From an uncultured Nitrospiraceae bacterium (GTDB lineage: Bacteria; Nitrospirota; Thermodesulfovibrionia; Thermodesulfovibrionales; Dissulfurispiraceae): a stretch of 64,000 nucleotides of DNA. The notes under the pieces were generated by a model, which saw only the letters and a list, made by a program, of their open reading frames with translations, searched no databases and was not told the origin of the DNA. Within the stretch, counting starts at the first letter, position 1. Each line of letters opens with the position of its first letter. The position numbers were made by a program, and so were the translations under genes. Below are positions 57,050-64,000 of this stretch, in pieces. The stretch is taken from assembly GCA_963705105.1 (NCBI GenBank), contig CAVPIW010000010.1, forward strand, positions 160,001-224,000. The letters are read 5' to 3'.

Positions 57050-57105
57050 ATTATCGCACGGGTGGTGTTACAGCAATATTACGTTTTGGAAACAATTCGA
57101 TGAAA
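57050..57105 (-). promoter_or_regulatory. Pho-box-like promoter 12 (phoH)
   Basis: Plus-strand GTTACA 57067, ATTACG 57078, ATGAAA 57100; minus-strand GATAAT at 57055-57050. Confidence 0.55.
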
Positions 57106-57234
57106 ATATGCGAATGCCTCACGTTGATATTTGATGACAAAAGGATTATTTTGTGGTATAAATTGGCAGCAGGAAAAACACCGATTCCTTCACTGACACT
57201 CACACTCACACTGTTTTTTAAAGGAGGCATGGTC

Positions 57235-60200
57235 ATGGTCAATCGCTTTCATCATATCCTTATGACGAGCGTATTCCTCGTATGGACTCTTTTGCCCTGC
57301 GTCGCTTCCGCGCATGGACCGGACCGGGTTGAATCCGACTTTTTCGTGAAAACCGGGCCCTATCTCGACAGCCAGGCCGGCATCCCTTTTTCGGAATCCC
57401 TTTTTGCCGTTCAAGGTCAAACGAAAATTGCCCAGTCCGGTCGGGCAATCAATGCGGCGGATGAGGCCGCGGTCTCTTTCAGGGACGTGCGCCGGGCCTA
57501 TTTCTCCGGCGACGAACTGGATGTTCATGTCTCCGTGCAGTCACAGTCTCAGGGTATGAGGGGAGATTTTTATGCGGTTATATGGACACCGGGTCTCAGG
57601 AATGTCATTTTTCTTACGGGCGATCCGCTTAGTCCCCTCTCAATGGTCCCGACCGCTCTCAGAACGTTTGTAGGTGCCGGATCGCATGATTATCAGGTCC
57701 TCCGGTTCAGGCTGCCGGACCTGGCGCAGGGGCTCGAACTTTTCTTTTACGCAGCCCTGGTCAATGCAGGCACTCCGGTAACAGAGGCGTCCTTCATATC
57801 GAACATCGCCCAGGCGAACACCAGGATCATCGGCAACAGCAGCAACGAGGCGGACCGGAAGCAGACCGCCTTCATGAGGACCCTCAGGACCATCTCAGGC
57901 CCGGACACGTACCGTGCAAAGACGGCAAAGGGGGCGTTGAAACGGCTGGACCTGGAGCTTGCCATCCCCAAAACCCTCCTGCCGCCGGCCTCAGGTGATG
58001 ACGACCTGGCATTGACCCTCCTTTCTGCAACGCAGGACCTCCTGAGGGTGGAATCACCCCGCCGGAGCTTCCGCCTCCTCAAGAGGGCGGGACAGGGAAC
58101 ACGAACGCTGACATTCCGCCAGTATTACCAGGATGTCCCTGTCTACGGGTCCTGGCTCCAGATGACGATCCAGGACAGGGAGGGCTCCTTCCTCCTGAAG
58201 AACATGTCCGGAAAGTACATACCTGACCTCAAAATGGATCAGCCTGACCCCACCCTGTCGGCCCCGGAGGCGAGGCTCAGGGTCATGAAGGCCTTCGGGA
58301 TCAAGAGCCTGGACAGGCTGAGGATGCCCGTTCCACTGAAGCTGTGGATCTACGATGAGGCACTCTTCGCCCCTGTCTGCCCGAAATGTCCCGATATCAC
58401 ACATAGTCCGCGGCCGGCCTGGAGGGTCGTCTTCGAATCGCCCGCCCATGGCGGCGTGCTGACGGACGCCTTTGTCGACGCGTCAACGGGGGAGATCCTG
58501 CGCGCCCAGCCCCGGATCGATGATAACGACATGCATATCAGGTCAGCCAACGGCAACACCCTTTCAGACTGTGCGGACACGAATGACTCCGTCGCCTGGC
58601 TCGATGAAGACGGCGTCTGCAAGACACTGGCATCCTGCTCGGGCTGGAATCCCTGCTACTGGGACACCCCTCATACCTGTGCCAACCCTGACGCGGAGGG
58701 CTTTACGGCATTCGATCTGGGCCACCTCATCGACCGGTTCTACAACGACGTCTTCGGCCGCCGCTCCTATGAAGACAGCGACAGTTCAGTCTACCGGATC
58801 ATTCTCGACGTGAGTTTTACGGGCGGAGACAATGCCATGGCCGAACAGTGCGGCGCTTACGAAATCCACAAGTTCTCCGACGGCTGGGCCACCGCAGACA
58901 TCATGGGGCATGAATTCGGCCATTCCTTCCACTGGTCCGAGGTGCGCTATGACAGGACCGGGCAGAGCGGCGCCGTCAAGGAGCACATCGCAGACATGTT
59001 CGGCTACTTCTTCGCTGCCTGGAGCGGCCTCGATCCGGACTGGCAGCATGGGGAGCATGCACCGGGCGGCGGCGGAAGGGACATGGCAAACCCGTCCAGG
59101 GACCACATAGACGACTACAATTTCGCCCCTGTCAACGCGGCGAACGACTGGGGAGACGTTCACGCGAACAGCACCATTCTGAGCAAGGCCGCCTACCTGA
59201 TGACCGCAGGGGACACCCATCCCGACACGGGCATCCGCGTCAGGGGCGTCGGCGACGTGAAATCGAGGCAGATCTACTACAGGCTCGTCACGGAGAAACT
59301 GGCGGAGAACAACGACTTTGACGATTTCTCGTCCAAGATCCAGGACGCCTGCATCGAGCTGATCGGGCGTTACGAAATCACCGAGAACGACTGCTGCCAG
59401 GTGCGAAACGCCATGGCGGCCATAGGACTTGAAACGGGAGACTCGGACTGCGACGGCAGGGCAGATGACGTTGAAACGGACGATGACAACGACGGTGTTT
59501 CCGATGGAAGCGACAACTGTCCCTTCGTCCCGAATCCCGGGCAGGAAGACGACGACGGGGACGGTTCCGGTGATGTCTGCGATGACGACGCCGACAGCGA
59601 CGGCATCAGGAACGCCGATGACAGCTGCCCCCTCGCAGTCAACACCGGCAACGATCAGGACGGGGACGGCATTGACGATGCCTGCGACGACAGCGACGGC
59701 GACGGCATCGTCGACAGCCTCGACAACTGCCCCAATGCGAGAAACCACAGCCAGGCTGACATGGACGGCGACGGACAGGGTGATGCCTGTGACGATGACA
59801 GGGACGGCGACGGTGTCGACGACAGCTCCGACAACTGCCGCGATGTTTCAAACAGCAATCAGGCCAACAGCGATACGGACAGGTGGGGCAGCGCCTGCGA
59901 CAACTGCGACAGCATTTCCAATGACCAGTCCGACATCGACGGCGACGGCCGCGGCGACGACTGTGATGACGACATCGACGGCGACGGCATTCTCAACGGT
60001 GAGGACAACTGTCCGGAAGAATACACGGCATCTCCTGAATTGTGCGTCGCCCCTCCGGGCTTCGCCTGCAGCGATTACGGCTGCCCGCCGAGACCTTTGC
60101 TGCCCGCTGCGGAAGTGATGATGCATCTCAACTGGGAACGCCTGCAGGCGGCACACCCGTCTGCGGTGAACCCGGGCTTCGGCATGTCCCTGGACCCCTG

Positions 60201-60636
60201 CAGCGTCATCGACTGCCGGCCCCAGACCCTCTTCGGGGAGAACGAAGTCCTGCAGGTTGCGATCAGCCTGGGGATGGGCCTGCCGGCGACATCGCAGACA
60301 TCCTTCCCGTTTATCGTCAGCGTGTTTGACGAAGAGGGTCACAGGGTGGCGTCCGGTGAGGTGTCCTTCTTTGCGAACGCAAGGGAGCAGCGGAGGGAAG
60401 GAGAGGTGGTTCTGTCCTTCAGGATGATGCCGTCATTCACATGGAGACAGTCCGGCGTCCTGACCGGTCAGTCCGGCACGGACAACCGGACGGCGACGGA
60501 CATCGGGGCCGGGGCGGCGCTGCCCGCCTGCCACCTCCTGATCATGCCCCGGAATATGAGCGACCAAAACAGGGCACAGCTTTCGCAGATACCACTGAAG
60601 TTCTCATATAGGATGAGCTTGCAGTCGCAGAAATAG
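57235..60636 (+). CDS. Secreted M4 (thermolysin-like) metallopeptidase with thrombospondin type-3 repeats
   Basis: Signal peptide; FTP/PepSY-like FRQYYQDVPVYG and FVDASTGEIL; HEFGH, SGAVKEHIAD, VHANS; many DxDGDG..D..DNCP repeats (about 59440-60015). Confidence 0.88.
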   Translation: MVNRFHHILMTSVFLVWTLLPCVASAHGPDRVESDFFVKTGPYLDSQAGIPFSESLFAVQGQTKIAQSGRAINAADEAAVSFRDVRRAYFSGDELDVHVSVQSQSQGMRGDFYAVIWTPGLRNVIFLTGDPLSPLSMVPTALRTFVGAGSHDYQVLRFRLPDLAQGLELFFYAALVNAGTPVTEASFISNIAQANTRIIGNSSNEADRKQTAFMRTLRTISGPDTYRAKTAKGALKRLDLELAIPKTLLPPASGDDDLALTLLSATQDLLRVESPRRSFRLLKRAGQGTRTLTFRQYYQDVPVYGSWLQMTIQDREGSFLLKNMSGKYIPDLKMDQPDPTLSAPEARLRVMKAFGIKSLDRLRMPVPLKLWIYDEALFAPVCPKCPDITHSPRPAWRVVFESPAHGGVLTDAFVDASTGEILRAQPRIDDNDMHIRSANGNTLSDCADTNDSVAWLDEDGVCKTLASCSGWNPCYWDTPHTCANPDAEGFTAFDLGHLIDRFYNDVFGRRSYEDSDSSVYRIILDVSFTGGDNAMAEQCGAYEIHKFSDGWATADIMGHEFGHSFHWSEVRYDRTGQSGAVKEHIADMFGYFFAAWSGLDPDWQHGEHAPGGGGRDMANPSRDHIDDYNFAPVNAANDWGDVHANSTILSKAAYLMTAGDTHPDTGIRVRGVGDVKSRQIYYRLVTEKLAENNDFDDFSSKIQDACIELIGRYEITENDCCQVRNAMAAIGLETGDSDCDGRADDVETDDDNDGVSDGSDNCPFVPNPGQEDDDGDGSGDVCDDDADSDGIRNADDSCPLAVNTGNDQDGDGIDDACDDSDGDGIVDSLDNCPNARNHSQADMDGDGQGDACDDDRDGDGVDDSSDNCRDVSNSNQANSDTDRWGSACDNCDSISNDQSDIDGDGRGDDCDDDIDGDGILNGEDNCPEEYTASPELCVAPPGFACSDYGCPPRPLLPAAEVMMHLNWERLQAAHPSAVNPGFGMSLDPCSVIDCRPQTLFGENEVLQVAISLGMGLPATSQTSFPFIVSVFDEEGHRVASGEVSFFANAREQRREGEVVLSFRMMPSFTWRQSGVLTGQSGTDNRTATDIGAGAALPACHLLIMPRNMSDQNRAQLSQIPLKFSYRMSLQSQK

Positions 60637-60644
60637 TGGTGAGA

Positions 60645-60912
60645 CTTTCCGGAAAAGGCGGGGCGAAGTGCCCCGCTTTTTCACGCAACGCAACGGTAGG
60701 CAGGAGCCTGACGACAAATGCACGACGGGAAGGCTGATGTGGTGAAAAGCCTTTCCTCTAAGATACCTAATTGATCACCAGACCACCCTGTGCCGTGTCG
60801 ACCGATGACGAATGCCCGTCAGGCAAGAGGCGCTGAACACCTGGAAAAGTCTCATCATCGCATTGGAAAGGCTTTGAACCATATCTGCCTTCCCGGGGGC
60901 CTATGCAACAAC
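60645..60912. repeat. Intergenic repeat, inverted copy of the 7845-8045 core
   Basis: GGGAAGGCTGATGTGGTGAAAAGCCTTTCC...CGCATTGGAAAGGCTTTGAACCATATCTGCCTTCCC. Confidence 0.8.
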
Positions 60913-60915
60913 GGT

Positions 60916-62673
60916 TCATGCAACGGGCAGGTATATCTTCACCTTCGTGCCTTTTCCGAAGGCGCTCTCGATCTTCATCTCCCAGCCATGGGCCCTGACG
61001 AGGTGCTTGACGATGGCGAGACCGAGGCCGGTGCCGCCCATGGTCCTGGAGCGGGCGGGGTCGACGCGGTAGAAGCGCTCTCCCAGTCTCGGCAGGTGCT
61101 TCTGCTGAACGCCGATACCTGTATCCCGCACGAAGAGGACGAGCCGCCCCGCGTCCTCTTCGGCTCCCAGGGTGATTTCGCCCTTCTCCGTGAATTTGAT
61201 CGCATTGTCGACGAGATTGGTCAATATCTGGATGAGCCTGTTCCTGTCCGCCTGTATCGTGCCGATGCCCTCCGGGAAGGATGTCCCGACGGCGAGCCCC
61301 TTTTCCGCCGCCTTGCTCCTGAGAAGGGCCAGCACAGTGTCGGCGACGTCGATGATGTCGATTTCCGCTTTCTCGACCTTGATGACGCCGAGCTCTATCC
61401 TGGATATCGTCATGAGGTCGTTAATGAGGCTGTTGATCCGCTCGCTGTTCGCCTTGATCATCCCGGCGAACCTGATGGCGTTCTCCCTGTCGTCAATGGC
61501 CCCTTCGAGCAGCGTCTCGGCGAACCCCCTGATGGCCGTTATGGGCGTCTTCAGTTCATGGGAGACGTTGGCCACGAAGTCCTTCCTGATCTCCTCGAGC
61601 TTTTTCATCTGCGTGATGTCGTGAAGAACGGCGACGAATCCTGCGAGGTCGCGGTCACGGTAAAACAGAGGTGACACCTTGGCGACCAGGTATCTCTCAT
61701 CGGGGAGGTCGAGCTTGAGCTGGACCGATGCCGGCGAGAGGCTGGTCCTGACATGATCCACGAGGTCCGCAAAATCGTGGCTCCTCACGAGTTCCAGGAA
61801 CTGCTTTCCCGCCGGGTCGGTATTGCCGAAATACTCCGACGACGAGGCGCTCGACAGCAGGACCGTCCCCTTCGAGTCGGTGATGAGGAGGGCATCGGGC
61901 ACGCTCTTGAGGATCAGGCCCAGGCGGTTCTTCTCCTCTTCCTTTTCGCTCATGACGGATTTCAGCTTTTCCGTCATGGTATTGAAATTACGGGCGATCT
62001 CCTCGAATTCCCGTCCCCCTTTCAGGAAAAGCTTCCCGCTGAAATCCCCCCCGGCGAGGGACTGGGAAAACCCCCTCATCTCGCCGATCAGCTTCCTGAG
62101 CCGTTCTATCTGGAGGATGGAGAGGATGCCCGTCGACAGCAGGACGATGCTGACGATGACGATGAGCATGAATCTTAGATCGTTGACGGCACGGTCGATC
62201 TCTTCGAGAGGGACCGCCATCCTGATGAAGCCCTGAACGTCTCCGTCTCTCGTTATTCTCCTGGCGATATAGAGATAGTCATGCCTCGTCGTCTCGCTGA
62301 GTCTGACCGAAATCCCTGTGGCCGAGAGAAGAGCTTCGACGATCTCGCTCCTGCCGGCATGATTCTCCATCTGCGACGAATCGGTGTCCGAATCGCCGAT
62401 GACCACCCCGTCACCCCTGATAACGGTGATCCGGGCGCCTGTCGTCTCCTTCAGCCTCTTGCAGAGGTCGTCGATCTTTCCCTGCCCGAAGGGGACGATA
62501 TCTTCGAGAAGTCCGAGCTGGACGACGAGGCTTTTCTTCAGGTCCTCTTCCCGCCTCTCCCTGACCGCCTCGGTGATGAATATCTCGATCAGGGCGATTG
62601 ACAGGACGGTGAGGATCACGTAGATCAGGATGATCCGTGTCAGCATGTCTCTTTTCATCTTGAATAAAATCAT
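60916..62673 (-). CDS. phoR: Phosphate regulon sensor histidine kinase (HAMP-PAS-HisKA-HATPase)
   Basis: MENHAGRSEI, RKDFVANVSHELKTP, NLVDNAIKF, ERFYRVDPARSR..GGTGLGLAIVKH. Confidence 0.9.
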   Translation of the reverse strand: MILFKMKRDMLTRIILIYVILTVLSIALIEIFITEAVRERREEDLKKSLVVQLGLLEDIVPFGQGKIDDLCKRLKETTGARITVIRGDGVVIGDSDTDSSQMENHAGRSEIVEALLSATGISVRLSETTRHDYLYIARRITRDGDVQGFIRMAVPLEEIDRAVNDLRFMLIVIVSIVLLSTGILSILQIERLRKLIGEMRGFSQSLAGGDFSGKLFLKGGREFEEIARNFNTMTEKLKSVMSEKEEEKNRLGLILKSVPDALLITDSKGTVLLSSASSSEYFGNTDPAGKQFLELVRSHDFADLVDHVRTSLSPASVQLKLDLPDERYLVAKVSPLFYRDRDLAGFVAVLHDITQMKKLEEIRKDFVANVSHELKTPITAIRGFAETLLEGAIDDRENAIRFAGMIKANSERINSLINDLMTISRIELGVIKVEKAEIDIIDVADTVLALLRSKAAEKGLAVGTSFPEGIGTIQADRNRLIQILTNLVDNAIKFTEKGEITLGAEEDAGRLVLFVRDTGIGVQQKHLPRLGERFYRVDPARSRTMGGTGLGLAIVKHLVRAHGWEMKIESAFGKGTKVKIYLPVA

Positions 62674-62791
62674 ACCACGTATCCTGCCGCCATTCAAGGA
62701 CGGCACCTTCTTTCAACCTTTCACTGACACGCACACTGACACTGTCACTTTTTCCCCTTTATTCATTATATGGATCAGGGGTATCATAGAA

Positions 62792-62888
62792 GAACCTCAT
62801 CGTTGCATAAGCCTTCCGGAGGCAGCTTCGCCATGAGAAGGCTTTGAGGCGCTTCGCCCGCCTTTTCATGCAACTAATAAGGTTAACC
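62792..62888. repeat. Short internally deleted MITE-like copy
   Basis: AACCTCATCGTTGCAT...GGCTTTGAGGCGCTTCGCCCGCC...ATGCAACTAATAAGGTT. Confidence 0.7.
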
Positions 62889-62905
62889 CGTCAGACGAGA
62901 AGGAG

Positions 62906-64000
62906 ATGCCCATGGAAAACCGCAAAGAAACGATCGTCAGGATACTCAATGCCCTGAATAACGAAGACGATTACGGCGGCATCTGGCTTCCCGCCATACA
63001 GCGGCCCTTCGTCTGGAAAAAGGAGCAGATCGAGCTGCTTTTCGATTCGATCATGCGGGAGTATCCCATCGGCACCCTCCTGGTGTGGAAGACGAAGGAA
63101 CCCCTCCGGCTGAGGCGGTTCGTGGGCGCTTTCCGGTCCGGGATGGATCCTGCTCAATTTTCCGTGCCCCCACAGGGCCGCAGGAAATCCATACTCCTTG
63201 ACGGCCAGCAGAGGGTCCAGGGTCTGTTCATCGCCCTGCGGGGAAGTTACGACGGCGACGACCTCTACTTCAATGTCCTGTCCGGAAAGGGTGACGATGA
63301 CGGCAGGAGATACGTCTTCCGCTTCCTCCCAGCAGAGGAGGCCAGGGCATCAGAGGGTTGGGTGGGGGTGAAGGACCTCCTTTCCGATTCGAAGGGTTTT
63401 TACCGGAAATCCGACGAGATCATCAGCGGCCTCGGTCCGGAAAATCCGCCCGAGAGCGTCAGGGACCTCGTGCGCTCCAACATCGACCGCCTGCTGCGGC
63501 AGCTCCGTGACCGGGACACGATCATTTTTCAGCAACTCGACAGTGTCTATCAGCCCGACAGCTACTCACTCGACGACATCGTCGAAATCTTCATCAGGGC
63601 GAATGCCGGCGGCACGATGCTCGGAAAATCGGACCTCCTCTTCGCCATCCTGAGGGGGAACTGGGATTCGCTCGACGAGGACCTTGCAGGAGTCGTCGGG
63701 CAGTTGTCGGACGGGGGGTTCACCTTCAGCGCCGATTTCATCATCAAAACGGGGCTTGTCCTCACCGGCAGGGGGGCCGAAATCTCCGTCGATGCCATGC
63801 GGGACACAGCGGCGCTCCGTGCCGTCCAGGACGGCCTCGGAGACATGACGGCGGCCCTCAGGGATGTGACTCACATGATCAGGGAGTCGACCTTCATCAA
63901 GAGCGCCGTCGCCCTCGCCGACACAAGCGCCCTCATCCCCCTTGTCTGTTTCAGACGTCATTTCCCGGAGGCATGGAATAATACTGACAAGGGTTACCTC
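62906..64000 (+). CDS. DUF262 (GmrS-like) domain protein, runs off window end
   Basis: Read manually: LPAIQRPFVW, LLFDSIMREYPIGTLLVW, LLDGQQR, EIFIRANAGGT.L; AGGAG RBS; absent from the ORF track because no stop codon is in the window. Confidence 0.85.
   Translation, partial: MPMENRKETIVRILNALNNEDDYGGIWLPAIQRPFVWKKEQIELLFDSIMREYPIGTLLVWKTKEPLRLRRFVGAFRSGMDPAQFSVPPQGRRKSILLDGQQRVQGLFIALRGSYDGDDLYFNVLSGKGDDDGRRYVFRFLPAEEARASEGWVGVKDLLSDSKGFYRKSDEIISGLGPENPPESVRDLVRSNIDRLLRQLRDRDTIIFQQLDSVYQPDSYSLDDIVEIFIRANAGGTMLGKSDLLFAILRGNWDSLDEDLAGVVGQLSDGGFTFSADFIIKTGLVLTGRGAEISVDAMRDTAALRAVQDGLGDMTAALRDVTHMIRESTFIKSAVALADTSALIPLVCFRRHFPEAWNNTDKGYL

Noticed and set aside
59440..60015. Non-coding tandem repeat or diversity-generating locus
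   Set aside because: Explained by coding TSP3 DxDGDG repeats within the peptidase; no reverse transcriptase or template/variable pair seen.

Overview
GC-rich bacterial chromosomal window, probably from an anaerobe of the Nitrospirota/deltaproteobacterial type (inferred from gene content only). It has four zones. (1) 1-5.3 kb: end of trpS, then a small degenerate mobile island with a tyrosine integrase, an IS1182-like remnant, an orphan RHS toxin tip followed by a catalytically dead amidase-fold gene (the pair bracketed by an inverted repeat), a group IIC intron 5' fragment at a degenerate attC-like site, and a BrnT/BrnA pair. (2) 5.6-11.3 kb: housekeeping genes (ilvA, YihY, parAB, GNAT, PfkB). 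(3) 11.5-25 kb: a minus-strand sulfur/redox operon (two exported rhodaneses, double-cubane-cluster-type protein plus its ATPase activator, MauE/DoxX, RelE-like protein, CCG Fe-S protein). Embedded in it is a 96-nt tRNA with a tRNA-Sec-like fold but a Cys (GCA) anticodon and U73. Then DUF4126, corA, cfa and a Mo-hydroxylase pair. (4) 25.2-62.7 kb: an apparent phosphate-starvation island. Twelve promoters carry 11-bp-period TGTAAC (pho-box-like) repeats, most with a -10 hexamer 16-17 bp downstream. They precede pstS, pstCAB-phoU, phoH, a GH1/PHP/glycolipid-glycosyltransferase set, a secreted phosphoesterase-like protein, HMA2/P-type ATPase/metK genes, a DksA/TraR paralog and a nonulosonate-type sugar pathway; phoR lies at the far end. 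Four small paralogous proteins sharing the motif C-P-x(8-10)-C-x17-C-x7-C-x2-[YF] sit behind these promoters. Intergenic spaces hold many modular MITE/REP-like repeats. Several single-base indels in homopolymers are probably sequencing errors. All family assignments are from motif recognition, not database searches.
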